Below, one piece after another: positions 50,353 to 61,509 of a stretch of 64,000 bases of DNA; the first letter of the stretch is position 1; each line of letters opens with the position of its first letter. A program made the position numbers and the translations under genes. The stretch is from assembly GCF_056746865.1 (NCBI RefSeq), contig NZ_CM163382.1. One strand, 5' to 3'. The notes below the pieces were generated by a model that had not been told where the DNA came from, did not search any database, and worked only from the letters and a program-made list of their open reading frames with translations.

Positions 50353-50816
50353 GTATCTACACCGTGGGTTCGCTGCTTTGTGTATTTATTACCGCTCCAC
50401 TCATTCGTAATACCGTTCGCCCAACAACATTACTGATGCTGTACACCTTTATCTCATTTATTGCTCTGTTTACCGTCTGCCTGCATCCCACATTTTATGT
50501 GGTGATAATATTTGCTTTTGTCATTGGTTTTACCTCTGCTGGAGGTGTTGTGCAAATTGGCCTGACGTTAATGGCTGAACGTTTCCCCTATGCTAAAGGT
50601 AAAGCTACAGGGATCTATTACAGTGCGGGCAGTATTGCAACATTTACCATTCCGTTGATTACGGCTCATCTGTCCCAAAGAAGTATTGCCGATATTATGT
50701 GGTTCGATACCGCCATCGCTGCCATCGGCTTTTTACTGGCACTGTTTATCGGCTTACGCAGCCGCAAAGAAACGCGGCATCACTCGCTAAAGGAAAATGT
50801 CGCTCCGGGTGGGTAA
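50353..50816 (+). pseudogene. ydiM: 3' fragment of ydiM downstream of IS5
   Basis: Joining 48403..49153 to 50353..50816 gives a 1215-nt ORF (404 codons plus stop) encoding one 12-TM MFS transporter. Confidence 0.88.
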
Positions 50817-51042
50817 TGCAATATTCTTTTCAGGTCATGCAAGATCTTACGGATAAATAACTATTTCTGCGCTAACTAAGGAAAATCGCGATCAAAAACA
50901 AACTATGACATGCAATATTCCTGGAAACATAAACTTTATGCCATGTACCCAGGGAAAATCATCTTCAGTATAGTAATTATGTAAACCGTCGGAGAACAAT
51001 ACGTACGGTAACGAAATTATCTTTCAGCAAGGAGCTGTGAAA

Positions 51043-52308
51043 ATGTCTCAAAATAAGGCTTTCAGCACGCCATTTATCCTGGCTGTTCTTTGTATTTACT
51101 TCAGCTATTTCCTGCACGGCATTAGTGTTATTACGCTTGCCCAAAATATGTCATCTCTGGCAGAAAAGTTTTCCACTGACAACGCGGGCATTGCCTATTT
51201 AATTTCCGGTATCGGTTTGGGGCGATTGATCAGTATTTTATTCTTCGGTGTGATCTCCGATAAGTTTGGTCGTCGGGCGGTGATATTAATGGCAGTAATA
51301 ATGTATCTGCTATTCTTCTTTGGTATTCCCGCTTGCCCGAATTTAACTCTCGCCTACGGTCTGGCAGTGTGCGTAGGTATCGCTAATTCAGCGCTGGATA
51401 CGGGTGGCTACCCCGCGCTCATGGAATGCTTTCCGAAAGCCTCTGGTTCGGCGGTCATACTGGTTAAAGCGATGGTGTCATTCGGGCAAATGTTCTACCC
51501 AATGCTGGTGAGCTATATGTTGCTCAATAACATCTGGTACGGCTATGGGCTGATTATTCCGGGTATTCTGTTTGTACTGATCACACTGATGCTGTTGAAA
51601 AGCAAATTCCCCAGCCAGTTGGTGGACGCCAGCGTAGCTAATGAATTACCGCAAATGAACAGCAAACCGTTAGTCTGGCTGGAAGGTGTTTCATCAGTAC
51701 TGTTCGGTGTAGCCGCATTCTCGACCTTTTATGTGATTGTGGTGTGGATGCCCAAATATGCGATGGCTTTTGCTGGTATGTCAGAAGCTGAGGCATTAAA
51801 AACCATCTCTTATTACAGTATGGGCTCGTTGGTCTGTGTCTTTATTTTTGCCGCACTGCTGAAAAAAATGGTCCGGCCCATCTGGGCTAATGTATTTAAC
51901 TCTGCACTGGCAACAATAACAGCTGCCATTATCTACCTGTACCCTTCTCCATTGGTGTGTAATGCCGGAGCCTTTGTTATCGGTTTCTCAGCAGCTGGCG
52001 GCATTTTACAGCTCGGCGTTTCGGTCATGTCAGAGTTTTTCCCAAAAAGCAAAGCCAAAGTCACCAGTATATATATGATGATGGGTGGACTGGCTAATTT
52101 TGTTATTCCGCTGATTACCGGTTATCTGTCGAACATCGGCCTGCAATATATCATTGCTCTCGATTTTACTTTCGCGCTGCTGGCCCTGATTACCGCAATT
52201 ATTGTCTTTATCCGCTATTACCGCGTTTTCATTATTCCTGAAAATGATGTGCGGTTTGGCGAGCGTAAATTTAGCACCCGGTTAAACACAATTAAGCATA
52301 GAGGTTAA
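51043..52308 (+). CDS. ydiN: MFS transporter
   Basis: About 421-aa ORF (track start 51037), paralogous to ydiM; upstream of ydiB-aroD. Confidence 0.9.
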   Translation: MSQNKAFSTPFILAVLCIYFSYFLHGISVITLAQNMSSLAEKFSTDNAGIAYLISGIGLGRLISILFFGVISDKFGRRAVILMAVIMYLLFFFGIPACPNLTLAYGLAVCVGIANSALDTGGYPALMECFPKASGSAVILVKAMVSFGQMFYPMLVSYMLLNNIWYGYGLIIPGILFVLITLMLLKSKFPSQLVDASVANELPQMNSKPLVWLEGVSSVLFGVAAFSTFYVIVVWMPKYAMAFAGMSEAEALKTISYYSMGSLVCVFIFAALLKKMVRPIWANVFNSALATITAAIIYLYPSPLVCNAGAFVIGFSAAGGILQLGVSVMSEFFPKSKAKVTSIYMMMGGLANFVIPLITGYLSNIGLQYIIALDFTFALLALITAIIVFIRYYRVFIIPENDVRFGERKFSTRLNTIKHRG

Positions 52309-52319
52309 AGGAGTTAATT

Positions 52320-53186
52320 ATGGATGTTACCGCAAAATACGAATTGATTGGGCTGATGGCCTATCCCATCCGCCACAGTTTATCGCCTGAAATGCAGAAT
52401 AAAGCCTTAGAAAAAGCGGGATTGTCATTTACCTATATGGCCTTTGAAGTGGATAACGATAGTTTTCCCGGAGCAATTGAAGGATTAAAAGCCCTCAAAA
52501 TGCGCGGAACTGGTGTATCAATGCCGAACAAACAACTGGCGTGTGAATATGTTGATGAATTAACGCCAGCGGCCAAACTGGTGGGTGCCATCAACACCAT
52601 CGTTAATGATGATGGCTATCTGCGTGGCTATAACACCGACGGCACGGGCCATATTCGCGCCATTAAAGAGAGCGGTTTTGATATCAAAGGCAAAACGATG
52701 GTGCTGTTAGGGGCCGGAGGTGCCTCAACGGCGATTGGCGCGCAGGGGGCAATTGAAGGTTTAAAAGAAATTAAACTCTTTAACCGTCGGGATGAGTTCT
52801 TCGATAAAGCCCTCGCCTTCGCGCAGCGGGTTAACGAAAACACCGATTGTGTCGTCACGGTTACCGATCTCGCCGATCAGCAAGCCTTTGCTGAAGCCCT
52901 GGCTTCCGCCGACATTTTAACCAATGGCACAAAAGTGGGTATGAAACCCCTTGAGAATGAATCATTGGTTAATGATATCAGTCTGTTACATCCGGGACTT
53001 CTGGTCACTGAATGCGTGTATAACCCGCATATGACGAAGTTATTGCAGCAGGCGCAACAAGCTGGTTGCAAAACGATTGATGGATACGGCATGTTGTTGT
53101 GGCAAGGGGCTGAACAGTTCACGTTATGGACTGGCAAAGATTTCCCTCTGGAATATGTTAAACAGGTCATGGGGTTCGGTGCCTGA
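52320..53186 (+). CDS. ydiB: Quinate/shikimate 5-dehydrogenase (NAD(P))
   Basis: 288-aa AroE-paralog ORF with Rossmann motif LGAGGAS. Confidence 0.93.
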   Translation: MDVTAKYELIGLMAYPIRHSLSPEMQNKALEKAGLSFTYMAFEVDNDSFPGAIEGLKALKMRGTGVSMPNKQLACEYVDELTPAAKLVGAINTIVNDDGYLRGYNTDGTGHIRAIKESGFDIKGKTMVLLGAGGASTAIGAQGAIEGLKEIKLFNRRDEFFDKALAFAQRVNENTDCVVTVTDLADQQAFAEALASADILTNGTKVGMKPLENESLVNDISLLHPGLLVTECVYNPHMTKLLQQAQQAGCKTIDGYGMLLWQGAEQFTLWTGKDFPLEYVKQVMGFGA

Positions 53187-53216
53187 CAGGCTGACCGCGT
53201 GCAGAAAGGGTAAAAA

Positions 53217-53975
53217 ATGAAAACCGTAACTGTAAAAGATCTCGTCATTGGTACGGGCGCACCTAAAATCATCGTCTCGCTGATGGCGAAAGATATCGCC
53301 AGCGTGAAATCTGAAGCTCTCGCCTATCGTGAAGCGGACTTTGATATTCTGGAATGGCGTGTTGACCACTATGCCGACCTCTCCAATGTGGATTCTGTCA
53401 TGGCGGCGGCAAAAATTCTCCGTAAAACCATGCCAGAAAAACCGCTGCTGTTTACCTTCCGCAGTGCCAAAGAAGGCGGCGAGCAGGCGATTTCCACCGA
53501 GGCTTATATTGCACTCAATCGTGCAGCCATCGACAGCGGCCTGGTTGATATGATCGATCTGGAGTTATTTACCGGCGATGATCAGGTTAAAGAAACCGTC
53601 GCCTACGCCCACGCGCATGATGTGAAAGTTGTCATGTCCAACCATGACTTCCATAAAACGCCGGAAGCCGAAGAAATCATTGCCCGTCTGCGCAAAATGC
53701 AGTCCTTCGACGCCGATATTCCTAAGATTGCGCTGATGCCGCAAAGTACCAGCGATGTGCTGACGTTGCTTGCCGCGACCCTGGAGATGCAGGAGCAGTA
53801 TGCCGATCGTCCAATCATCACGATGTCAATGGCAAAAACTGGCGTAATTTCTCGTCTGGCTGGTGAAGTATTTGGCTCGGCGGCAACTTTTGGTGCGGTA
53901 AAAAAGGCCTCTGCACCAGGGCAAATCTCGGTAAATGATTTGCGCACGGTATTAACTATTTTACACCAGGCATAA
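53217..53975 (+). CDS. aroD: 3-dehydroquinate dehydratase, type I
   Basis: 252-aa ORF, recognised as AroD. Confidence 0.95.
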   Translation: MKTVTVKDLVIGTGAPKIIVSLMAKDIASVKSEALAYREADFDILEWRVDHYADLSNVDSVMAAAKILRKTMPEKPLLFTFRSAKEGGEQAISTEAYIALNRAAIDSGLVDMIDLELFTGDDQVKETVAYAHAHDVKVVMSNHDFHKTPEAEEIIARLRKMQSFDADIPKIALMPQSTSDVLTLLAATLEMQEQYADRPIITMSMAKTGVISRLAGEVFGSAATFGAVKKASAPGQISVNDLRTVLTILHQA

Positions 53976-54119
53976 GCAATAATATTTCGGCGGGAACATC
54001 CTCCCCCGCCGAACTAAAAAAATATATTTAACCGTATTTAATAAAAATATTTCGTGAGTCTCTGTGCGCTAATTCTCCATCTGGCGTAGGGAAAATCACA
54101 CCTGAATCAGGAATTAACA

Positions 54120-55715
54120 ATGAAACCTGTAAAACCACCTCGTATTAATGGACGAGTGCCGGTCCTGTCGGCACAGGAAGCGGTGAATTATATTCCCGAC
54201 GAAGCAACACTTTGTGTGTTAGGCGCTGGCGGCGGTATTCTGGAAGCCACCACGTTAATTACAGCTCTTGCTGATAAATATAAACAGACTCAAACGCCAC
54301 GTAATTTATCGATTATTAGTCCGACAGGGCTTGGCGATCGCGCCGACCGTGGTATTAGTCCGCTGGCGCAAGAAGGTCTGGTGAAATGGGCATTATGCGG
54401 TCACTGGGGACAATCGCCGCGTATTTCTGATCTCGCAGAACAAAATAAAATTATTGCTTATAACTATCCACAAGGTGTACTTACACAAACCTTACGCGCC
54501 GCCGCAGCCCACCAGCCTGGTATTATTAGTGATATTGGCATCGGAACATTTGTCGATCCACGCCAGCAAGGCGGCAAACTGAATGAAGTCACTAAAGAAG
54601 ACCTGATTAAACTGGTCGAGTTTGAAAACAAAGAATATCTCTATTACAAAGCGATAGCGCCAGATATTGCCTTCATTCGCGCTACCACCTGCGACAGCGA
54701 AGGCTACGCCACTTTTGAAGATGAGGTGATGTATCTCGACGCATTGGTTATTGCCCAGGCGGTGCACAATAACGGCGGTATTGTGATGATGCAGGTGCAG
54801 AAAATGGTTAAGAAAGCCACGCTGCATCCTAAATCTGTCCGTATTCCGGGTTATCTGGTGGATATTGTGGTGGTCGATCCGGATCAAACCCAACTGTATG
54901 GCGGTGCGCCGGTTAACCGCTTTATTTCTGGTGACTTCACCCTTGATGACAGCACCAAACTTAGCCTGCCCCTAAACCAACGTAAATTAGTTGCACGGCG
55001 CGCATTATTCGAAATGCGTAAAGGCGCGGTGGGGAATGTCGGCGTCGGTATTGCTGACGGCATTGGCCTGGTCGCCCGGGAAGAAGGTTGTGCTGATGAC
55101 TTTATTCTGACGGTAGAAACAGGTCCGATTGGCGGAATTACTTCACAGGGTATCGCCTTTGGCGCGAACGTGAATACCCGCGCCATTCTGGATATGACGT
55201 CCCAGTTTGATTTTTATCACGGTGGTGGTCTGGATGTTTGTTATTTGAGTTTTGCTGAAGTCGACCAGCACGGTAACGTCGGCGTGCATAAATTCAATGG
55301 CAAAATCATGGGCACCGGTGGATTTATTGATATCAGTGCCACTTCGAAGAAAATCGTTTTCTGCGGCACATTAACTGCGGGCAGTTTAAAAACAGAAATT
55401 ACCGACGGCAAATTAAATATCGTCCAGGAAGGACGGGTGAAGAAATTTATTCGGGAACTACCGGAAATTACTTTCAGCGGAAAAATCGCTCTCGAGCGAG
55501 GGCTGGATGTTCGTTATATCACTGAGCGCGCAGTATTCACACTGAAAGAAGACGGCCTGCATTTAATCGAAATCGCCCCTGGCGTCGATTTACAAAAAGA
55601 TATTCTCGACAAAATGGATTTCACCCCAGTGATTTCGCCAGAACTCAAACTGATGGACGAAAGATTATTTATCGATGCGGCGATGGGTTTTGTCCTGCCT
55701 GAAGCGGCTCATTAA
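54120..55715 (+). CDS. ydiF: Fused alpha/beta acyl-CoA:acetate CoA-transferase
   Basis: 531-aa ORF, family I CoA-transferase. Confidence 0.9.
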   Translation: MKPVKPPRINGRVPVLSAQEAVNYIPDEATLCVLGAGGGILEATTLITALADKYKQTQTPRNLSIISPTGLGDRADRGISPLAQEGLVKWALCGHWGQSPRISDLAEQNKIIAYNYPQGVLTQTLRAAAAHQPGIISDIGIGTFVDPRQQGGKLNEVTKEDLIKLVEFENKEYLYYKAIAPDIAFIRATTCDSEGYATFEDEVMYLDALVIAQAVHNNGGIVMMQVQKMVKKATLHPKSVRIPGYLVDIVVVDPDQTQLYGGAPVNRFISGDFTLDDSTKLSLPLNQRKLVARRALFEMRKGAVGNVGVGIADGIGLVAREEGCADDFILTVETGPIGGITSQGIAFGANVNTRAILDMTSQFDFYHGGGLDVCYLSFAEVDQHGNVGVHKFNGKIMGTGGFIDISATSKKIVFCGTLTAGSLKTEITDGKLNIVQEGRVKKFIRELPEITFSGKIALERGLDVRYITERAVFTLKEDGLHLIEIAPGVDLQKDILDKMDFTPVISPELKLMDERLFIDAAMGFVLPEAAH

Positions 55716-55728
55716 CAGGAGTATCACG

Positions 55729-56880
55729 ATGGATTTTTCTTTAACTGAAGAACAAGAACTGCTGCTGGCCAGTATTCGCGAACTGATTACGACTAACTTT
55801 CCGGAAGAGTATTTCCGCACCTGCGATCAAAACGGGACATACCCGCGTGAATTTATGCGGGCACTGGCGGATAACGGTATTTCCATGCTTGGCGTGCCGG
55901 AAGAATTTGGTGGTATCCCTGCGGATTACGTCACCCAAATGCTGGCGCTGATGGAAGTGTCAAAATGCGGTGCCCCGGCATTTTTGATCACCAACGGTCA
56001 ATGTATTCACAGTATGCGCCGTTTCGGTTCTGCAGAGCAGCTACGTAAAACGGCGGAAAGCACCCTGGAAACGGGTGATCCCGCCTATGCCCTGGCATTG
56101 ACGGAACCAGGCGCAGGCTCAGATAACAACAGCGCCACCACCACTTACACGCGTAAAAACGGCAAGGTTTACATCAACGGCCAGAAAACCTTTATTACCG
56201 GTGCGAAAGAGTACCCGTATATGCTGGTGCTGGCGCGCGATCCGCAACCGAAAGATCCCAAAAAAGCCTTCACCCTGTGGTGGGTCGACTCCAGTAAGCC
56301 CGGCATTAAGATTAACCCGCTGCATAAAATCGGCTGGCATATGCTCAGCACCTGCGAAGTCTATCTCGACAACGTGGAAGTTGAAGAGAGCGACATGGTG
56401 GGCGAAGAAGGAATGGGTTTCCTCAATGTGATGTATAACTTTGAGATGGAGCGCCTGATCAACGCCGCGCGCAGCACCGGCTTTGCCGAGTGTGCCTTTG
56501 AAGATGCCGCCCGCTATGCCAACCAGCGTATCGCTTTTGGTAAACCCATTGGTCATAACCAGATGATCCAGGAAAAACTGGCGCTGATGGCGATTAAGAT
56601 CGACAACATGCGCAACATGGTGTTGAAAGTGGCATGGCAAGCCGATCAGCATCAGTCACTGCGCACCAGCGCGGCGCTGGCAAAACTGTACTGCGCACGT
56701 ACCGCAATGGAAGTTATTGATGATGCGATTCAAATCATGGGCGGTCTGGGCTATACCGATGAGGCGCGCGTCTCTCGCTTCTGGCGTGATGTCCGTTGTG
56801 AACGTATCGGCGGCGGTACAGACGAAATTATGATTTACGTAGCGGGTCGGCAGATCCTGAAAGATTATCAGAACAAATAA
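55729..56880 (+). CDS. ydiO: Acyl-CoA dehydrogenase-family protein (FAD)
   Basis: ORF trimmed to ATG at 55729 (MDFSLTEEQELL...), giving 383 aa. Confidence 0.9.
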   Translation: MDFSLTEEQELLLASIRELITTNFPEEYFRTCDQNGTYPREFMRALADNGISMLGVPEEFGGIPADYVTQMLALMEVSKCGAPAFLITNGQCIHSMRRFGSAEQLRKTAESTLETGDPAYALALTEPGAGSDNNSATTTYTRKNGKVYINGQKTFITGAKEYPYMLVLARDPQPKDPKKAFTLWWVDSSKPGIKINPLHKIGWHMLSTCEVYLDNVEVEESDMVGEEGMGFLNVMYNFEMERLINAARSTGFAECAFEDAARYANQRIAFGKPIGHNQMIQEKLALMAIKIDNMRNMVLKVAWQADQHQSLRTSAALAKLYCARTAMEVIDDAIQIMGGLGYTDEARVSRFWRDVRCERIGGGTDEIMIYVAGRQILKDYQNK

Positions 56881-56922
56881 TCTGCAGGCGGCGCAGCTTC
56901 TTAACAAACTGCGCCGCCAGAT

Positions 56923-57834
56923 TTATCCAACAAGACTTACCGGTTGAGGAAATTCAGATAAGATTTCTTGTTCCGCAAAACAGTTTTTAAATTGCCTGCG
57001 GTAATCGCTGGGCGAACAGCCGACATGGCGCAAAAACAGTTTGGCAAAGTGATCGACATTTTCATAACCCACACGCCAGGAGATCTCTGCCTGTGATAAT
57101 TCAGTATTAGTGAGTGACCATTTCGCTTCCGTCATACGCCGTTGAATAACATAGTTAATAGGGGAAATGCGATACTCTTTGGTAAATTCATGGCAAATAT
57201 AACTGACGCTGGCACGAAACTTTTTCGATAACTGCTCTAAAGTGATTTTTTCGCGATAGTTATTATTCAGATAGAAAAGAATATCTTTTATCAGAACATC
57301 TTTTTTAATATATCCCTGCTCCGAACGATAAGCATTTTTAAAGTTTTCGTAGTAAAGAATTGCTAACGTATAGGCAAAGGCGTCCCATAACGAAGATGTT
57401 TGGCTATTTTTACTTTGCGGCAAAATCACACTTAGCTCATTAAATAAGGTTTTAATGACTTCTTTTCCCTGCCCTGCGGCAATTACCGGGCAAGAATGCG
57501 GTTGCAGTAGCTGATTTTCCTCAGCCCCCTGAAACTGAAAGCCGTACAGCGCACAAGTACACGTCGTTGCCGGATCGTTAACGTCAGAGGCCACCGCATG
57601 CAGCCTGCCACGTTCTATCACCACAATGTCATCGGCGTGCGCGACATATAACGAAGAATCGATGGTAAACCTTGCTACCCCTTTCTTGACGTAAATCAAC
57701 TCAGTTTCATTGTCATGAACGTGATGTCCGGACTCCCATTTTGGATCATCGCTAAATGCAAAACGTGAAAGCCGTGGCGTTTTACCGGCGACAAACAGCG
57801 TTTCGCTGGCGTTATCAAAACAGCGTTGATACAT
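56923..57834 (-). CDS. ydiP: AraC-family transcriptional regulator
   Basis: 303-aa ORF with N-terminal cupin-like domain and C-terminal AraC HTH; divergent from ydiQRST. Confidence 0.88.
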   Translation of the reverse strand: MYQRCFDNASETLFVAGKTPRLSRFAFSDDPKWESGHHVHDNETELIYVKKGVARFTIDSSLYVAHADDIVVIERGRLHAVASDVNDPATTCTCALYGFQFQGAEENQLLQPHSCPVIAAGQGKEVIKTLFNELSVILPQSKNSQTSSLWDAFAYTLAILYYENFKNAYRSEQGYIKKDVLIKDILFYLNNNYREKITLEQLSKKFRASVSYICHEFTKEYRISPINYVIQRRMTEAKWSLTNTELSQAEISWRVGYENVDHFAKLFLRHVGCSPSDYRRQFKNCFAEQEILSEFPQPVSLVG

Positions 57835-58149
57835 GACAACCTCCCTATTCCATGAGCAAGCAAAAACAATATATGCCGGATAAAATACGGCGTGTATTGC
57901 GGTTATACAACCGCGTTTAGCGAGAGCTAAACAAGATTATTTACACTGAATGCAAGATTGTACGGTCATGGAATAACTATATTGCCGCAAATTGCACTTT
58001 TGTTTTAGCGATCGCATTTTTTTTGCAAGATTGTTGGCAAGGAAAACAGCTTGCTCCGTCGAAAACCCCGCACCGCTATCGCACACTATTTTCAGACCAT
58101 TTTTACCTTCCATCGGAGATGGTTCCGTATGCGACTCACAGGAGAAATC

Positions 58150-58914
58150 ATGAAAATAATAACCTGCTTTAAGCTGGTGCCTGAAGAACAGGACATTGTT
58201 GTCACTCCAGAATATACCCTGAATTTCGACAATGCCGACGCCAAAATCAGCCAGTTCGATCTCAATGCCATTGAAGCTGCAAGCCAGATTGCAACAGATG
58301 ACGATGAGATAGCCGCGCTGACCATTGGCGGCTCATTGTTGCAGAACTCGAAAGTGCGTAAAGACGTGCTATCCCGCGGGCCGCATAGCCTGTATTTGGT
58401 GCAGGATGCGCAACTTGAACATGCACTGCCTCTCGATACCGCAAAGGCGCTGGCGGCAGCAGTTGAAAAGATCGGCTTCGATTTACTGATCTTTGGTGAA
58501 GGTTCCGGCGACCTTTATGCCCAGCAGGTTGGCTTGCTGGTCGGAGAAATTCTGCAACTTCCGGTGATTAATGCAGTGAGTGCTATTCAGCGTCAGGGCA
58601 ATACACTGGTGATTGAACGCACGCTTGAAGATGATGTTGAAGTTATTGAGCTCTCTGTTCCAGCCGTGCTCTGCGTCACCTCCGATATTAATATGCCACG
58701 CATTCCTTCGATGAAAGCCATTCTCGGCGCGGGTAAAAAACCGATAAATCAGTGGCAGGCAAGTGACATTGGCTGGAGCCAGAGCGCGCCACTTGCTGAG
58801 CTGACCGGCATTCGCGTACCGCCGCAAACAGAACGTAAGCACATCATTCTCGATAACGATTCGCCGGAGGCCATTGCCGAGCTGGCGGAATATCTGAAGA
58901 AAGCCCTGAACTGA
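58150..58914 (+). CDS. ydiQ: Electron transfer flavoprotein beta-subunit homolog
   Basis: ORF trimmed to ATG at 58150 (MKIITCFKLVPEEQD...) with AGGAGA RBS; 254 aa. Confidence 0.9.
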   Translation: MKIITCFKLVPEEQDIVVTPEYTLNFDNADAKISQFDLNAIEAASQIATDDDEIAALTIGGSLLQNSKVRKDVLSRGPHSLYLVQDAQLEHALPLDTAKALAAAVEKIGFDLLIFGEGSGDLYAQQVGLLVGEILQLPVINAVSAIQRQGNTLVIERTLEDDVEVIELSVPAVLCVTSDINMPRIPSMKAILGAGKKPINQWQASDIGWSQSAPLAELTGIRVPPQTERKHIILDNDSPEAIAELAEYLKKALN

Positions 58915-58933
58915 AGCCTACGGAGAAGAAACG

Positions 58934-59872
58934 ATGAGTCAATTAAACAGCGTCTGGGTCTTTAGCGATAATCCTGAACGTTATGCTGAACTGTTTGGCG
59001 GCGCGCAGCAATGGGGCCAACAGGTGTATGCCATTGTACAAAATACCGACCAGGCGCAGGCAGTTATGCCTTATGGTCCAAAATGTATTTATGTTCTTGA
59101 GCAAAATGATGCGCTGCAACGTACTGAAAATTACGCCGAAAGCATTGCTGCCCTGCTGAAAGATAAACATCCTTCTATGTTGCTGCTGGCCGCGACGAAA
59201 CGCGGTAAAGCTCTGGCAGCACGGTTAAGTGTGCAACTGAATGCGGCGCTGGTGAACGATGCCACTGCGGTGGATATTGTCGATGGTCACATTTGCGCCG
59301 AACACCGGATGTATGGCGGGTTAGCGTTCGCACAGGAAAAGATCAACAGCCCGCTGGCGATCATTACCCTTGCACCCGGTGTTCAGGAACCGTGCACCAG
59401 TGATACCGCTCATCAGTGCCCGACAGAAACGGTACCTTATGTTGCCCCGCGTCATGAAATTCTCTGTCGCGAACGCCGTGCGAAAGCGGCAAGCAGCGTG
59501 GACCTGAGCAAAGCAAAACGTGTGGTTGGCGTCGGTCGTGGTCTGGCAGCGCAGGATGACCTGAAAATGGTCCACGAACTGGCGGCGGTGCTGAATGCTG
59601 AAGTCGGCTGTTCACGTCCAATTGCCGAAGGCGAGAACTGGATGGAGCGTGAACGTTATATCGGTGTCTCCGGCGTGTTGCTGAAATCCGATCTCTACCT
59701 GACGCTGGGGATCTCCGGGCAGATCCAGCATATGGTTGGCGGCAACGGCGCAAAAGTGATTGTCGCCATCAATAAAGATAAAAATGCGCCAATCTTCAAC
59801 TATGCCGACTACGGTCTGGTGGGCGATATCTACAAAGTCGTCCCTGCCCTGATTAGCCAGTTGAGCCGCTAA
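58934..59872 (+). CDS. ydiR: Electron transfer flavoprotein alpha-subunit homolog
   Basis: 312-aa ORF, EtfA-like FAD-binding C-terminus. Confidence 0.9.
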   Translation: MSQLNSVWVFSDNPERYAELFGGAQQWGQQVYAIVQNTDQAQAVMPYGPKCIYVLEQNDALQRTENYAESIAALLKDKHPSMLLLAATKRGKALAARLSVQLNAALVNDATAVDIVDGHICAEHRMYGGLAFAQEKINSPLAIITLAPGVQEPCTSDTAHQCPTETVPYVAPRHEILCRERRAKAASSVDLSKAKRVVGVGRGLAAQDDLKMVHELAAVLNAEVGCSRPIAEGENWMERERYIGVSGVLLKSDLYLTLGISGQIQHMVGGNGAKVIVAINKDKNAPIFNYADYGLVGDIYKVVPALISQLSR

Positions 59873-59927
59873 TTCCCCTTTCAACCACATCTCCCGCTGT
59901 AAACGCAGCGGGAAGGGAGCATAACGC

Positions 59928-61217
59928 ATGTCGGATGACAAATTTGATGCCATTGTGGTCGGTGCGGGCGTTGCCGGTAGCGTTGCCGCACTGGTCATGG
60001 CGCGAGCCGGGCTGGATGTCCTGGTGATAGAACGCGGCGACAGTGCCGGATGTAAAAACATGACCGGCGGGCGTCTTTATGCCCACACACTTGAAGCGAT
60101 TATTCCAGGCTTTGCAGCATCAGCGCCGGTAGAACGCAAGGTCACACGCGAGAAAATCTCCTTCTTAACCGAAGAAAGCGCCGTTACCCTCGACTTTCAC
60201 CGCGAGCAACCAGATGTTCCGCAACACGCGTCTTATACCGTATTGCGTAATCGTCTGGACCCGTGGTTGATGGAACAAGCCGAGCAGGCGGGCGCGCAGT
60301 TTATCCCGGGCGTACGCGTCGATGCGCTGGTTCGTGAAGGAAACAAGGTCACTGGCGTGCAGGCCGGGGATGATGTTCTTGAAGCGAATGTGGTGATTCT
60401 GGCTGATGGCGTTAACTCGATGCTTGGCCGCTCGCTGGGAATGGTTTCCGCTTCCGATCCGCATCATTACGCTGTTGGTGTTAAAGAGGTTATTGGCTTC
60501 ACACCAGAACAGATCAACGATCGCTTTAATATTACGGGCGAGGAAGGTGCCGCCTGGCTGTTTGCCGGTTCCCCTTCTGACGGCCTGATGGGTGGCGGAT
60601 TCCTCTATACCAATAAGGATTCCATATCGTTGGGGCTGGTTTGTGGATTGGGTGATATCGCCCATGCGCAAAAAAGCGTGCCGCAAATGCTGGAAGATTT
60701 TAAACAACACCCCGCCATTCGCCCGCTGATTAGCGGCGGCAAACTGCTTGAATATTCCGCGCATATGGTGCCGGAAGGCGGTCTGGCAATGGTGCCGCAG
60801 CTGGTTAACGATGGCGTGATGATCGTTGGTGACGCCGCAGGCTTCTGCCTGAATTTGGGTTTTACAGTTCGCGGCATGGATTTAGCCATTGCATCAGCTC
60901 AGGCTACCGCCACAACAGTGATTGCCGCCAAAGAACGCGCGGATTTCTCCGCCAGCAGTCTGGCGCAATACAAACGTGAGCTGGAACAAAGTTGTGTTAT
61001 GCGCGATATGCAGCATTTCCGCAAGATCCCGGCGCTGATGGAAAATCCGCGCCTGTTTAGTCAGTATCCGCGCATGGTCGCCGACATCATGAACGATATG
61101 TTCACCATTGACGGCAAACCAAACCAGCCGGTACGCAAAATGATCATGGGACACGCGAAAAAAATTGGGCTGATCAACTTGCTGAAAGATGGCATTAAGG
61201 GAGCAACCGCGCTATGA
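59928..61217 (+). CDS. ydiS: FAD-dependent oxidoreductase (FixC-like ETF-quinone oxidoreductase family)
   Basis: 429-aa ORF with N-terminal dinucleotide-binding motif AIVVGAGVAGS. Confidence 0.9.
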   Translation: MSDDKFDAIVVGAGVAGSVAALVMARAGLDVLVIERGDSAGCKNMTGGRLYAHTLEAIIPGFAASAPVERKVTREKISFLTEESAVTLDFHREQPDVPQHASYTVLRNRLDPWLMEQAEQAGAQFIPGVRVDALVREGNKVTGVQAGDDVLEANVVILADGVNSMLGRSLGMVSASDPHHYAVGVKEVIGFTPEQINDRFNITGEEGAAWLFAGSPSDGLMGGGFLYTNKDSISLGLVCGLGDIAHAQKSVPQMLEDFKQHPAIRPLISGGKLLEYSAHMVPEGGLAMVPQLVNDGVMIVGDAAGFCLNLGFTVRGMDLAIASAQATATTVIAAKERADFSASSLAQYKRELEQSCVMRDMQHFRKIPALMENPRLFSQYPRMVADIMNDMFTIDGKPNQPVRKMIMGHAKKIGLINLLKDGIKGATAL

Positions 61218-61507
61218 GCCAGAACGCTACGGTTAACGTCGACATCAAATTAGGCGTCAATAAATTCCATGTTGATGAGGGCCACCCGCATATCATTTTG
61301 GCGGCAAATCCCGATATCAATGAATTCCGTAAATTAATGAAAGCCTGCCCTGCCGGACTTTATAAGCAGGATGACGCCGGCAACATTCATTTTGATTCTG
61401 CCGGTTGTCTGGAGTGCGGCACCTGTCGGGTGCTGTGCGGCAACACTATTCTCGAACAGTGGCAATATCCCGCAGGCACCTTCGGTATTGATTTTCGCTA
61501 CGGCTAA
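61214..61507 (+). CDS. ydiT: Ferredoxin-like protein (FixX-like)
   Basis: 97-aa ORF with Cys cluster; 4-nt overlap with ydiS. Confidence 0.88.
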   Translation: MSQNATVNVDIKLGVNKFHVDEGHPHIILAANPDINEFRKLMKACPAGLYKQDDAGNIHFDSAGCLECGTCRVLCGNTILEQWQYPAGTFGIDFRYG

Positions 61508-61509
61508 TC

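Noticed and set aside
53985-54014. Inverted repeat TTCGGCGGG...CCCGCCGAA after aroD as a terminator
   Set aside because: Stem is present but is followed by an A-run rather than a T-run on the plus strand; ambiguous, so not listed as a feature.
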